Positions 9,140 through 19,807 of a DNA stretch of 64,000 bases are shown piece by piece. Position 1 is the first letter of the stretch. Every line of letters begins with the position of its first letter. A model generated the notes under the pieces. The model saw nothing but the letters and a program-made list of their open reading frames with translations. It was not told the origin of the DNA and did not search any database. The translations under genes were made by a program, and so were the position numbers. Source of the DNA: Spirochaetia bacterium (lineage in GTDB: Bacteria > Spirochaetota > Spirochaetia > SZUA-6 > Bin103); the NCBI GenBank assembly GCA_965198005.1, contig CBDAOI010000004.1, forward strand, positions 1,024,001 through 1,088,000. Direction: 5' to 3'.

Positions 9140-10054
9140 CTAGGCGCGTAGGCCGGATTGCGCACCCATCCGCCCGACCCCGCCGCGCAGCCGTGGGTCG
9201 AGCAGGTCGCGCACCGCGTCGCCGAACATGTTGAAGCCGTACACGACGATGGTCAGGAAGATGCCCGGCCACATCGCCAGCCACGGCGCCACCTGCATGT
9301 AGCGGCGCCCCTCACGGCTCAGCAGGCCGCCCCAGCTGGGAACGCTCAAGGGCAGCCCGAAGCCGAGAAAGCTCAAGCTGGCCTCGGTGATGATGACCGC
9401 GCCTACGGTGATGCTGAAGATGACGATGATGGGGGCGAACACGTTCGGCAGCACGTGGCGCAGCACCGTGCGCCAGGGCGGGCTGCCAACCGCCTGTGCG
9501 GCCTGGAAGTAGGCGTTCTCCTTCACGCCGATCACCGCGCCGCGGACCACGCGCGAGCTGCCGATCCCGTAGACCAGGCCCAGCACGATGATGACCTGCA
9601 GCGCACCGGTACCCAAAATCGACATGACCGTCATCAACAGCAGCAGTCCCGGAAAGGCCAGCCAGGCATCAACGAATCTCTGCATCACCAGGTCGAGCCG
9701 GCCACCGACGAACCCGGAGATGCCGCCGACTGCGGTGGCCACCAGCACCGCCACCGTGGTCGCCGCGAACCCCACCAGCAGCGACAGCCGAGCGCCGTAG
9801 ATGTTGCGGCTGAGGAAGTCGCGCCCGATATGATCGGTTCCCAGCAGATGCTGGGCGGAGGGACCCTGCAGGCTCCGGGTCACGTCCTGGCGATGCTCGG
9901 GGTCGGGCGCCAGCACGTCGGCGAAGATGCTCACCAGCACGAACAGCACAATGATCACCGCGCCGAGAAGGCCGAGTGGCTTCTCCCGGATCAGCCTGCG
10001 CAAGAAGTCGGCGAAGGGGCTGCGCCTGCGCTGCTCGGTGGCGAGGTCCGTCAT
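9140..10054 (-). CDS. ABC permease (DppC/OppC-like)
   Basis: HLLGTDHIGRD, HVLPNVFAPI, EASLSFLGFG, NMFGDAVRDLLDPR. Confidence 0.93.
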   Translation of the reverse strand: MTDLATEQRRRSPFADFLRRLIREKPLGLLGAVIIVLFVLVSIFADVLAPDPEHRQDVTRSLQGPSAQHLLGTDHIGRDFLSRNIYGARLSLLVGFAATTVAVLVATAVGGISGFVGGRLDLVMQRFVDAWLAFPGLLLLMTVMSILGTGALQVIIVLGLVYGIGSSRVVRGAVIGVKENAYFQAAQAVGSPPWRTVLRHVLPNVFAPIIVIFSITVGAVIITEASLSFLGFGLPLSVPSWGGLLSREGRRYMQVAPWLAMWPGIFLTIVVYGFNMFGDAVRDLLDPRLRGGVGRMGAQSGLRA

Positions 10055-11013
10055 TGGTAGCGAATCCTCGGGTCGAGGTAACCGTACAGCAGGTCGATCA
10101 GCAGATTGTTGAACAGAATGAAGGTCGCAAAGAACAGGTTGATGCCCGATACCATCGGATAGTCACGGATCGACAGCGACTGGATGAGCTGCGATCCCAG
10201 TCCGGGGAGGTTGAACAGCGTCTCGATGATGACCGAGCCACCCACCAGGATCGGCAGCTGCAGCCCGATGAGCGTCACCACCGGGATGAGGGCGTTCTTT
10301 ATGGCGTGGCGGACAACGACCATCCGCTCGCGCAAACCCTTGGCCCAGGCCGTCCGCACGTAGTCCTGCCTTAAGACCTCCAGCATCATGGTGCGTGCCA
10401 TCCGCATCGTCGCGGCGGACAGGTAGGTGCCGAGGATGAGGCCGGGGATGAGGAACGCGCCGATGTGGGACAGCGGATCCTCGCCGAAGGGAAGCAGTCG
10501 GAGCGGTGGCGCCCAGCCCCACCATTTGCTGGGAAAGATCAGCACCATGAGGCCCAGCCAGAAGTTGGGGGTGGCCAGCCCGAAGATCGCGACGCTGCGT
10601 CCGACATAATCACCAAGGGTGTCCTGGCGCACCGCCGAGTAGATGCCGACCGGCAGCGCGATCACCAGGCCGATGATCAGCGCGGCCGCCCCCAGCTCCA
10701 GGGTGACGGGCATTCTGGCGAGGACCTTCCCCTCCACGGGCGCGTGGCCGCGTTGCAGCGACTGACCGAGGGTGCCCTCCAACAGAATCCCTGACATCCA
10801 CTGCACGTAGGCGATGTGCGCGGGGACATCGAGACCCATGATGGCCCGCAGCCGCTCCTTCCCCTCCTCGGTGGGGGTGCCGTGGACGCTGTCGGCCAGC
10901 AGAATGTCGACGATGTCGCCGGGTAGCGCACGCACGGCAAAGAACACCAGCGTGCTCAGGATGAACAGCGTGGGGATGAACAGCAGCAGGCGCCGGATGA
11001 GGTAGGTGCGCAC
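10051..11013 (-). CDS. ABC permease (DppB/OppB-like)
   Basis: Paralog of 85-1068; QDYVRTAWAKGL, IIETLFNLPGLG, LDPRIRY. Confidence 0.93.
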   Translation of the reverse strand: MRTYLIRRLLLFIPTLFILSTLVFFAVRALPGDIVDILLADSVHGTPTEEGKERLRAIMGLDVPAHIAYVQWMSGILLEGTLGQSLQRGHAPVEGKVLARMPVTLELGAAALIIGLVIALPVGIYSAVRQDTLGDYVGRSVAIFGLATPNFWLGLMVLIFPSKWWGWAPPLRLLPFGEDPLSHIGAFLIPGLILGTYLSAATMRMARTMMLEVLRQDYVRTAWAKGLRERMVVVRHAIKNALIPVVTLIGLQLPILVGGSVIIETLFNLPGLGSQLIQSLSIRDYPMVSGINLFFATFILFNNLLIDLLYGYLDPRIRYQ

Positions 11014-11018
11014 GGTCT

Positions 11019-11056
11019 AAGAAAGGTCTGGGGCCCGCGCATGCGGGCCCCAGACC
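11019..11056 (-). terminator. Intercistronic terminator-like hairpin after the binding-protein gene
   Basis: 14-bp perfect stem GGTCTGGGGCCCGC/GCGGGCCCCAGACC followed by TTTCTT on the minus strand. Confidence 0.7.
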
Positions 11057-11074
11057 CCAAAAGCCAAAACGAGC

Positions 11075-12844
11075 TTAGTTCAACTCGGCCTTGAGCTGAC
11101 TATCGATCCACATGCGCGAGTAGAGCTGGGTGGCTCCGCAGGCGCCAAGCTGCTGCTCGCCGTTGAGGCCGGCGATCCACGGTTGTCCAACGTCGAAAGA
11201 GAGAACCCGCACACCCCACAGGTAGAGGTGCTGCTCGATCGCGTACATGTCGAGCGCTTTGGCGAGCCGTTGCTGCTCGTCACCAATGGCAGCCTCCACC
11301 TCGTCCCACATGGCGTGGAATTTGGGATCGACAACACCGCCGCGGCCGCCAGGGCCCACGCGAAGACCCTCAATAGGGAAGAGGTCCGGGTAGTCGGCGC
11401 CGACGCTCCATAGATCGCTCAATCCCTCCCAATCTTCATTCTTCCGTGCGACGTACGTGGCGTTAGCGGGCGCCTCGATGTCGGCCTCCACCCCGATCTC
11501 CTTCCAGTAGCCTGCCACCAGCTCCATGAAGCCCAGGTCGCTCCGGTCGCCGTTCGTCAGTATCGAGGTCCGGAAGCGGACGCCGTCAGCGGCACGTGGG
11601 TATCCGGCCTCGTCGAGCAGTCGCTCGGCAGCCGCCGGGTCGTAGGAGGACCAGAACTTCTTCACCTCATCGGGCCAGGTATCGAAGGGGTTGTTCCAGC
11701 CAACCCACGACGGCCCCAGCGGCCCCATCGGCTGCCACTCTCCGTAGCCGTAGAAGTAGTTGTCCCGGATGGTCTCGTTGTCGATCGCCATCTGCAGCGC
11801 GTGGCGCACCCGAATGTCGTCGAAAGGCGGCCCATCCTGATTCATCGCTAGGCACGTCTCGCAGCGAAACGCGCGCCCCCAGATCTGTAGCTCTGGGTTG
11901 GTTTTCTGGAGATCCTCCACGGTGCTAATCTTTCTGATCGTCGAGACACCCATCTCCCCGCTAATATCGATCTGACGCGACCGCAGCGCCGCAATCCTGG
12001 TCGCCTCGTCGCCCATCATCAGCAACACGAGCCGGTCGACGTAGGGCAGGCGGTTCCCCGGGTACTTCTCGTCGTCCTTCCAGTAGTTGGGGTTCCTGTC
12101 AAACGTGACCGAGGTGCCGCTGACGAACTCGTCCAAGATAAAGGGCCCGGTACCGATCACGTTGTTGGCGTCGTAGAGCATGTCGAAGGTCTCGGGTGGG
12201 TATGCCCACACTTGGCAGTCGTCGAACAGCTGCCGATGCGTGTCCTCGTACGGCCGCGACAGCTTGATCACGAACGTCAGCTTGTCGGTGGCCGTTACCG
12301 ACTCCATGGGGATGCGCTTGGTTCCCCACGTGAATGCAGCGGGCTCCTGGCCGGCAAACCTGCCGATGGCGAAATGGCGCTCGTAGTTGGCGACCATGTC
12401 GTCGGCGATCAGCTGGCGGCCGTTCACCGGCGGCTTGTCGTGAAAGAAGATGTTGTCGCGGATCTTGTAGATGTAGGTCAACGGATCCGGGTTCTCCCAG
12501 CTCTCCGCCAGGTGGCCGGTAACTATGTGCTCGGGGAAATAGGTCGTGAACGCGGTGAGACTGCGGTCGACTGCCCAGTCCGCGTGCCCCAACCTGTCCA
12601 GCGCCGGTCCCACGACCAGCTGCGCTGCGTGAAACACCCAGTTGTCGCCGTGGTCGGCCGGGTATTGGTACAGCGCACCGGTAATGGTCCCGCCGTACTC
12701 CGGCTTGAGCACCTGCTTGCCGGTGGACGGATCGGTCACGTACTCCTTCTCGGCCGCGGTTGCCGTCTCCTCTCCGCCAGCGGCAAATGCTGCGGTCGCC
12801 ACCAGCGCGAACGCCAGTGCTATCGATACGAATCTGGAAATCAT
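11075..12844 (-). CDS. ABC transporter substrate-binding protein, family 5
   Basis: Signal peptide ending FAAGGEE; paralog of 1260-3068 (PEYGG, HLAESWE, IGTGPF, DEKYPGNRLPYVD). Confidence 0.93.
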   Translation of the reverse strand: MISRFVSIALAFALVATAAFAAGGEETATAAEKEYVTDPSTGKQVLKPEYGGTITGALYQYPADHGDNWVFHAAQLVVGPALDRLGHADWAVDRSLTAFTTYFPEHIVTGHLAESWENPDPLTYIYKIRDNIFFHDKPPVNGRQLIADDMVANYERHFAIGRFAGQEPAAFTWGTKRIPMESVTATDKLTFVIKLSRPYEDTHRQLFDDCQVWAYPPETFDMLYDANNVIGTGPFILDEFVSGTSVTFDRNPNYWKDDEKYPGNRLPYVDRLVLLMMGDEATRIAALRSRQIDISGEMGVSTIRKISTVEDLQKTNPELQIWGRAFRCETCLAMNQDGPPFDDIRVRHALQMAIDNETIRDNYFYGYGEWQPMGPLGPSWVGWNNPFDTWPDEVKKFWSSYDPAAAERLLDEAGYPRAADGVRFRTSILTNGDRSDLGFMELVAGYWKEIGVEADIEAPANATYVARKNEDWEGLSDLWSVGADYPDLFPIEGLRVGPGGRGGVVDPKFHAMWDEVEAAIGDEQQRLAKALDMYAIEQHLYLWGVRVLSFDVGQPWIAGLNGEQQLGACGATQLYSRMWIDSQLKAELN

Positions 12845-13615
12845 GTCGGTTCCTCCGGTCGGGTCAACAGGTGACCCATGTGTTGCTTACTGCCGGCAAC
12901 GCCGGCTCGGGTGGCTGGTGGATGCTGGTGGACGCGCGGACGCCGGTGGGCGACGCGCAGACGCGTGCAGCCGGCGCAAAGGTCGGCCGAATCAGATCGG
13001 GCGCGGCGCTCGCGGCGCCGACGGTAACGGGGGTGTGGCGGCCGCGGTTGGCGCTATCTAGATCGTACGAAAACCTGAGGGGGGGGGTATGACGCACCGA
13101 CATCGTCATCGGTGCCCGGACGCAGCCCTGGCGAATAGCGTCGTTACCCATTGGCAGATGAGTGTCGCACGCCGGCGGACGAAGGGTCAAGTGCCTTTCG
13201 GCAAGTGCAGCAATTCTCGGGGAGCAGCGGAGCATCATAAACAGTACAGCAACATTGGGGGCTGAAAGGTTACAGAAAAGTTTCGAGGGCGAGATCGCAA
13301 GCCCTGTCATAAGCTCAAGCCCTCCGAGTGTGAAACGCGACCATGCCCACCTGTTGGCCCACCGAGTGAATGCACGCACGGTCCGACCCGGCAGAAATTC
13401 TGTAACTGATTGCAGGTGACGTATTTAGCCACCGTCATGCAGCCCCGTGCGATGACCTGACCACCGTCAGCCACCGCCGCTCGGCCGATGCCGCGGGCTG
13501 GCGCGGTGCCGCGATCGGCCCTTCGGGGCCGGTTGCCCGCGCGCCGCCGGCACACCTGCGCCGCAGCCCCAGTCAGGGATCGTTCAGGGAGCAGGTTCAG
13601 TTCCCCAGGGAGCGG

Positions 13616-14790
13616 CTACCCGGACAGCGGCTGCGGCGGCGAGTTCATCCGCACCAGCACCTGGTCCCACGACGGGATCAGGAATAGCCGAAACGTGGCA
13701 CGGACCGCGCCCCAGAACTCCCGGCGCGACCCGAACCCAGCCCGCACCTGCTGATACAGACCGTCCACCAGCTCGAATATCCGGTGCATGAAATAGGCCA
13801 GCAGATTGAGCACGAAGAACGCCTCCGACAAGTACTTGTCACCGTGGCCGAAGTTGTGCTCCAGGTGGTAGCCCTGGTTCTTCAGCGTATCGACCCCTCG
13901 TTCTCGATCTTCCAGCGTGCTCGTCCCGCACGCACGATCCGGGCTACGCTGCCAGCGGTGGGCACCAAGTCGGTCACCCAGGCGTTTTGATAGGTGGTCG
14001 TGCCGGCACGTACGATGCGGTAGTGCACGAAGTTGATCTGGGGACTGCGGGGCTTGCCGTTCAGCGGCACCCCGGTAACCCACTCGTATTCATGCCGGTC
14101 CCCGGTCGCGTCGATGGTGCAGCGGTGGTCCAGCAGCCGACCGCGGCGCAGCCCGTCGATATCCTGGTACAGGCTGGTGTGATCCTCCGGCTTGGCCACC
14201 AGCAGAAACGAGCAGCGGGCGGCGCGCACCTGTTCGATGAACGGTTGCTTGGAGTACAGACTATCGGCGACGATCACCGCAGCCAGCCGGGGATGGTCGT
14301 TACGGATGCGCTGCACGGCACGGTAGCCGGCTTTTGGTTCACAGTCCTGCTTGCGGCGTTTGGCATTCTTGGCGCCAGAGTCATCGGCGTTGTGAATGAA
14401 CCCGGGAGCCAACGGCAGCACCTGCCGCTTGTCGGGGTGGACGATGGCGGTCTGCAGGATGTCGTCGTGGTAGCGTACGGTGCCGTTGTTGGTGGCGGTC
14501 AGACAGCACTCACAGTTCACCTGGTACGAGCTGAAGTACTGGGAGCCGTCCATGGTGATGAGGTAGCGACCGTCGAGGAACTGGTAGTGCTGCAGCCATT
14601 TGGTGTACTGCATGCGCCCTATCCAGTCGCCGAAGCAGTCGAGCAGCGGTTCATAGTCATGGCTGTCGAGCAGATCGCGGAACTGGGAGTCGGCAGGGAT
14701 CCGAGCGACGCCAAACGTAGAGTTGAGGTTGTTGGTGCGGAGTTGGTCCTGGAAGCGGCGTTGGAACTCCAGCACGGAAGGGTCTTGGAG
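13616..14790 (-). pseudogene. DDE transposase (ISNCY/IS4-like), N-truncated by the RIT element and frameshifted near 13890
   Basis: LQDPS..EFQR, MDGSQYFSS..CECC, KQDCE, VADSLY, RARWKIENEG, then a shift into TLKNQGYHLEHNFGHG. Confidence 0.85.
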
Positions 14791-14938
14791 GTAATATGTT
14801 GCGGTGCTCGTTATGTTGCGTTCGAGCCGTTTCTCCTTGTGGAGTAAGGACTCCCCGCTTGATTGACGCAACATAATAATCGGCCGCCCCGCGTGTGCGA
14901 TCATGGTCGGATCATCCCTTCAGACAGGAGGTCCTACC

Positions 14939-16042
14939 ATGTTCGAACAGCTTTTCGGATCGGTCGGCACGGTCGAGCAGTACCGGACGGCGCCCCTTGC
15001 GGATAGCCGCCTGCGCTATCTCAGGCACTGGCTCAAGTTGGGAGCCAAACGCTCGACTGCGCAAGATTGCCGGCAATCAGGTTGAGGTCGTGCGCTTGCT
15101 GGATTTGCGGGAGGGCAACGGCAAGGTCCACCTTGCGCAGGTCGAAGCTGCGGCCGTGCAGTGGGCGCTGCGACGCCTGCGGCGGGCGGGCAAGCATGCC
15201 AAGCCGGCCGCCGTAGCGGTGTTCGTGGCGCGGGCGGCGCGGTGGCTGCGCTTCCTGGGCCGCTTGGAGGTGCCACCGGTTGTTGCGCGCCATCAGCATG
15301 TGCCGAAGGTCGCGGCGTTTGCCGACTGGATGCGGCGGGAATGCGGTTTGTCCGAGCACACGATCCACAGCCGCTGCTGGATAGTGGACGAGTTCCTCAG
15401 TCGGTTCCGCGATCAGGATCGACCACTGCACACGCTTGCGATCGCGGACCTGGATCGGTTCGTGGCCGAGCAGAGCGCCAGCGGCAGATGTGCTCGGGTT
15501 TCGATCTGCAGCTACGCAAAACGCCTGCGCATATTCTTCCGCTACGCCGAAGGGCGGGGCTGGTGCGCGCCGGGCTTGGCCGCAGCAATCATGCCGGAGC
15601 GCATGTACCAAGGCGAGACGGTCCCCGCGGGGCTGGCCTGGGAGGATGTCCAGCGCTTGCTCGGGACGACCGAGGGTGAGCGCCCTGCGGACAAGCGCGA
15701 CCGTGCCGTGGTGCTGCTGTTCGCGGTGTACGGCTTGCGCGCCGGTGAGGCGAGCGTGCCCTGTGCCTCACGCTCAGAGCCCCGTTCCGCCCGCTTGCTA
15801 CCGCCGGAGTGCAGGCTCTCGTCAGCCGTCGCTTGCGCCGCCTGGGGGTCGTCTCACAGCGCCGAGGACCACACGCGCTACGCCACGCATGCGCGCAGCG
15901 CCTGTTGGACCAAGGGCTGTCGTTCAAGGAGATCGGAGACCATCTCGGGCATCGCAGCCCGACCACAACGGCGGTATACGCCAAGGTCGATCTCGCCGGA
16001 CTGCGCCAAGTGGCGGACATCGACCTGGAGTGGCTGATATGA
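14939..16042 (+). pseudogene. RIT tyrosine recombinase A, frameshifted near 15055 and internally deleted near 15750
   Basis: ATG after AGGAGG; YGLRAGE box I; GPHALRH..IGDHLGH..TAVYAKVD box II lies in another frame. Confidence 0.85.
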
Positions 16043-16992
16043 CGCTCGCTGAGGTCGTTGATCAATACATCGCTTGGCGGCAAGCGCGGGGTGCGCACTT
16101 CAGGTCCGGCGCCAGCATTCTGCACCTCTACTGCCGCAGCGTCGGCGGCGAGGTCGGCTGCGACGCCGCAGGCACCGAACAGGCGCGTGCCTTCCTCGCA
16201 GGCAACGGCTTCCTCACCCGCTACCGGGCCAACAAGCGTACGGTGCTCGTCGGTTTCTACCGCTATGCGATCAGCCGCGGCCACGCGACCCACTCGCCGT
16301 TGCCTGCGGACGAACCGAAGGAGCCCCCGTCCGCACCGGCGTACATCTATTCGCGTGACGAACTGCGCCGCCTGTTCGACGCCGTGGATGGCTGTCGCAA
16401 GCGAGCGGTGCAGTTGCAGGCGCACACGTTCCGCGCGCTGCTGCTGTTGCTGTACGGAGCCGGCTTGCGGCACGGCGAAGCGCGGCGGCTCACGCAGGCC
16501 GACGTCGACCTGCCGGCCGGGCTGCTCACCGTGCGCGAGACCAAGTTTTACAAGAGCCGGCTCGTGCCGCTGGGGTCGCACCTTACCCAGGTGCTCGCGG
16601 AATACGTCGCGCGGCGGGCGCCCTACACCGCCCCTGCAGCGCACGATTTGCCTTTCCTTGCGAATCGCGATGGCACGCCGCTGGCGCGCACAACCGTGCA
16701 CACGGCGTTCGCCGCTTTGCGCCAAGCGGCTGGAGTGCAGAACCCGGTCGGAGCCCGCCGTCAGCCGCGCCTGCACGACCTGCGACATTCGTTCGCCGTC
16801 CATCGACTGACCTCCTGGTACCGCCAAGGGAAGGACGTGCAACGCTTGCTGCCATTCCTCTCCACCTACCTGGGCCACGTCAACATCGCAGGAACCGCTG
16901 TCTATCTCAGCATGACCCCTGAGTTGCTGCGCGAGGCTTCGCTCCGCTTCGAGCGCTACGCAGAGACCGCAACCGGAGGCCGCGATGACTGA
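16039..16992 (+). CDS. RIT tyrosine recombinase B
   Basis: YGAGLRHGE, TKFYKSRLVP, RLHDLRHSFAV, STYLGH..TAVYL; ATGA overlap with gene A. Confidence 0.92.
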   Translation: MTLAEVVDQYIAWRQARGAHFRSGASILHLYCRSVGGEVGCDAAGTEQARAFLAGNGFLTRYRANKRTVLVGFYRYAISRGHATHSPLPADEPKEPPSAPAYIYSRDELRRLFDAVDGCRKRAVQLQAHTFRALLLLLYGAGLRHGEARRLTQADVDLPAGLLTVRETKFYKSRLVPLGSHLTQVLAEYVARRAPYTAPAAHDLPFLANRDGTPLARTTVHTAFAALRQAAGVQNPVGARRQPRLHDLRHSFAVHRLTSWYRQGKDVQRLLPFLSTYLGHVNIAGTAVYLSMTPELLREASLRFERYAETATGGRDD

Positions 16993-17992
16993 TACCCGTA
17001 CTCTGGGCCCTTGGCTGCGACGCTTCCTCGCCGAGCATCTGGTGAGTGAGCGTAATCTGGCCCGCAACACTCAACGCAGCTACCGTGACACGCTGGTTTT
17101 GCTGCTCCCCTTCGTCAGCCGCGCGCGGCGCAAACCGGTCGACCGGCTGGCCGTCTTCGATCTCACCTCCGAGCGTGTGCTGCAGTTCCTCGCACATCTT
17201 GAAGATGCGCGGGGCTGCTCCCCGCAGACCCGCAATCAGCGGCTCACGGCCATCTGTTCGTTTGCCCGCTTCGTCGGCAGCCGCAGTCCCGAGCACGTCG
17301 AATGGTGCACGCAGATCCGTGCTCTGCCCCGCAAGAAGGCGGCCCCCAAGCCGATCTCCTATCTGGAGAAGTCCGAGATCGACGCCTTACTCGACGCTCC
17401 CAACCACGGCACGCGGCAGGGCCGCCGCGAGCGTGCCCTGCTGCTGTTCCTCTACAACACCGGCGTCCGGGCGTCCGAGGCCGCGCAACTCACGGTCGGC
17501 GATCTACAACTGACCGTCCCCGGGTCGCATCCTTCTCTGGCAACGGTACGCGGAAAGGGCGGCAAGGTCCGTCAGTGCCCGCTCTGGCCGCGCACGGCGC
17601 GCCTGCTGCCAGCTTTGGTCGATGGGCGCCCTGCCGCGGAGCAGGTCTTCCTCAACCGGCACGGACAACCGATCACCCGCTTCGGCATCGGCCGCTTGGT
17701 CGGTCGCTGCGCGACCGCCGCCTCAGCCCGGGTATCGTCGCTGGTCGGCAAGCGCGTCAGCCCGCACGTGATTCGCCACACCACGGCGACTCACCTGCTG
17801 CGTGCCGGCGTGGACCTCAACACGATTCGGGCATGGCTCGGCCACGCCAAGCTGGACACAACGAATGTCTACGTCGAAATCGACCTTGAGACGAAGGCCA
17901 AGGCAATCGCTCTGTGCGACGCGACCGAACCGCAAGCGACCAAACCGTGGCGGGAGGACACCGGTCTGATGGCGTTCTTGCGAACGCTGTGA
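16985..17992 (+). CDS. RIT tyrosine recombinase C
   Basis: YNTGVRASE, RGKGGKVR, SPHVIRHTTATHLL, WLGHAKLDTTNVY. Confidence 0.93.
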   Translation: MTDTRTLGPWLRRFLAEHLVSERNLARNTQRSYRDTLVLLLPFVSRARRKPVDRLAVFDLTSERVLQFLAHLEDARGCSPQTRNQRLTAICSFARFVGSRSPEHVEWCTQIRALPRKKAAPKPISYLEKSEIDALLDAPNHGTRQGRRERALLLFLYNTGVRASEAAQLTVGDLQLTVPGSHPSLATVRGKGGKVRQCPLWPRTARLLPALVDGRPAAEQVFLNRHGQPITRFGIGRLVGRCATAASARVSSLVGKRVSPHVIRHTTATHLLRAGVDLNTIRAWLGHAKLDTTNVYVEIDLETKAKAIALCDATEPQATKPWREDTGLMAFLRTL

Positions 17993-18088
17993 GCGCACGC
18001 CGTTATGTTGCGTTGATCGGAGCCCGGTTCCTTACTCCACAAGGAGAAACGGCTCGAACGCAACATAACGAGCACCGCAACATATTAC

Positions 18089-18754
18089 TGTCAGGAGCCG
18101 CCGGAGCACGGCCAGAAGACCAATCTGATCGGCGACATGCGGGCGTTTACGGAGAAGCTGCCCGAGAGCTTCAAACGGAGGTTCCGCGGCAAGCGTGCCC
18201 GCCTGCGCCGCAGGTTGCCGGCGGCAGGCGGGAGTAACGGGGCCTACACCGACAGGAAGAGTTGGCAGGAGTCGCTTGGCACCGACGATCGACGGGAAGC
18301 CGAGAGGATCGGACGGCAACGCGGCTGGGAACTGGCCTGGACCGACGACGACTGCCTGGAAATCATGCAGGAGCCGGCCCGCTTCTTCAGGTCACACCCG
18401 ATCCACGGTGAGCTGTGGTGCACGCAGGCGATGGTCTTTCAGCCGGAATCGTCGCGCCTGATTGCGGAACGGGACGGCAGCACGGCCGATACCGAGCGAT
18501 TGGCGAGCACGATGGGCAACCGTATGATCATGGAAGACGGCACGCTCATTTCCGTCGAGGAATGCAGGACGTGGTTCAAGCTTGTCTGCGACTTGGAAAC
18601 GCCCTACGCCCTGGGGCGCGGCGAGGTGATCATCCTCGACAACATGCTGACCGCGCACGGGCGGTCCACGTTCACTGGCTCGCGACGGTTGTTCGCCGCC
18701 CTCGGCGACCGGCCGGGCACGGCTCACGCTACCGCCGGCGTGAACGGTCGCTGA
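18089..18754 (+). pseudogene. TauD/TfdA-family dioxygenase, N-truncated by the RIT element
   Basis: CQEPPEHG..LIGD; C-terminal IILDNMLTAHGRSTFTGSRR; the first iron-binding HxD/E motif is absent. Confidence 0.75.
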
Positions 18755-18784
18755 TCCAAGTCCAATCGGCCAGTCGGCTGGAAC

Positions 18785-18813
18785 TTGACCCGGGGCCACG
18801 GGCACTCTACACT
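18785..18813 (+). promoter_or_regulatory. Sigma70-type promoter
   Basis: TTGACC, 17 bp, TACACT, about 10 bp before the Uma2 ATG at 18824. Confidence 0.55.
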
Positions 18814-18823
18814 CCGGCCCTAC

Positions 18824-19807
18824 ATGGCCGCCTCACCCGCCGCCACCAAGCGGACTGTCACGTTCCAGGTAGCCGAGCTGTTTCCAGCCCAGGGCGAGTG
18901 GGCGGAGAGCGACTACTTTTCTCTCCCCGACACGAACCGTCTCATGGAGCTGAACGAAGGACTGCTGATCATGCCGCCTCATCCAACTCAGAGCCATCAA
19001 TACGCCGTGCTCGAATTGGCCGTTCAGCTTCGTCGCTTTGTGCAGCCGCGTGATCTTGGCGAAGTATACGTCGCGCCTTTACCTGTTCGTCTCTGGTCCG
19101 GCAAGGTGCGGGAGCCGGATGTTCTGTTCATGGCAAAGGAGCACGCAGACAGAATGGCGGAGCAGTACTTCGGACCGCCCGACTTGGTGATGGAGGTGAC
19201 CTCGCCGAGCACGATCCATACCGACAGGGCTCAGAAAGCTGCAGAGTACGCCCGTGCCGGCATTCGCGAGTACTGGCTCATAGACCCGAACGCGCGAACC
19301 GTAGAGGTGCTGGCGCTGGCGGGACAGAAGTACGAACCGGCGGGAGCGTGGTCGGTGGGCGAGATCGCCAGGTCGGCCGTACTGATCGGCTTCGAGGTCG
19401 TCGTGCGCGTCTGTTTCGCACCGGCTGAGTGGGCGGCATGTCTCAGGAGCTATCCCACCGGCCGGGCGGCCGGAGTTGTCATGGAAGAAACATCGCAGCT
19501 ACGCAGCTACGCAGCTATACCTAGCGGGTGTTCTCGTAATCGTCGGCCGGGGCGCCAGGTAGCCGCGGAAGGCGCGGCCCAGATCGGGGCTAGCGTAGTG
19601 GCCGCCCACCGTCTTGCCGGCGCGCATGGTGGCCCGGGTGTCGGCGCCGACGCAGTACCCCGCGTCCTCTGCGATGCAGGCGCTGCGCCCGCAGCAGACG
19701 GCGATGTCGATGCCCGCCACGACCTCGCGGGTGAGCACGTTGACCCAGCGCCCGTTGCGGATCACCAGCTCGGCCGCCGCCCGCCCGGCGGCCACGTCCA
19801 CCAGTGA
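18824..19807 (+). CDS. Uma2-family (PD-(D/E)xK) endonuclease; the domain ends near 19420 and the rest is probably read-through after a frameshift
   Basis: MELNEG..HQ, REPDVLF, PDLVMEVTSPST..D..K..EYARAGIREYWLIDP. Confidence 0.85.
   Translation: MAASPAATKRTVTFQVAELFPAQGEWAESDYFSLPDTNRLMELNEGLLIMPPHPTQSHQYAVLELAVQLRRFVQPRDLGEVYVAPLPVRLWSGKVREPDVLFMAKEHADRMAEQYFGPPDLVMEVTSPSTIHTDRAQKAAEYARAGIREYWLIDPNARTVEVLALAGQKYEPAGAWSVGEIARSAVLIGFEVVVRVCFAPAEWAACLRSYPTGRAAGVVMEETSQLRSYAAIPSGCSRNRRPGRQVAAEGAAQIGASVVAAHRLAGAHGGPGVGADAVPRVLCDAGAAPAADGDVDARHDLAGEHVDPAPVADHQLGRRPPGGHVHQ
19550..19804 (-). pseudogene. ade: Adenine deaminase relic with large internal deletion
   Basis: N-terminal LVDVAAGRAAAELVIRNGRWVNV joined directly to the mid-protein motif RAGKTVGGHYASPDLG. 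Confidence 0.7.

Larger units (their letters stand above)
14791..18088 (+). mobile_element. RIT element (recombinase in trio)
   Basis: Three overlapping tyrosine recombinase genes between perfect 60-bp inverted repeats (14791-14850 and 18029-18088). Confidence 0.92.

Noticed and set aside
12850-13600. Long intergenic region with a GTTACAGAA/TTCTGTAAC inverted pair
   Set aside because: Probably a promoter region plus an IS tail; no riboswitch or ncRNA consensus could be matched, and a 9-bp match about 130 bp apart may be chance.
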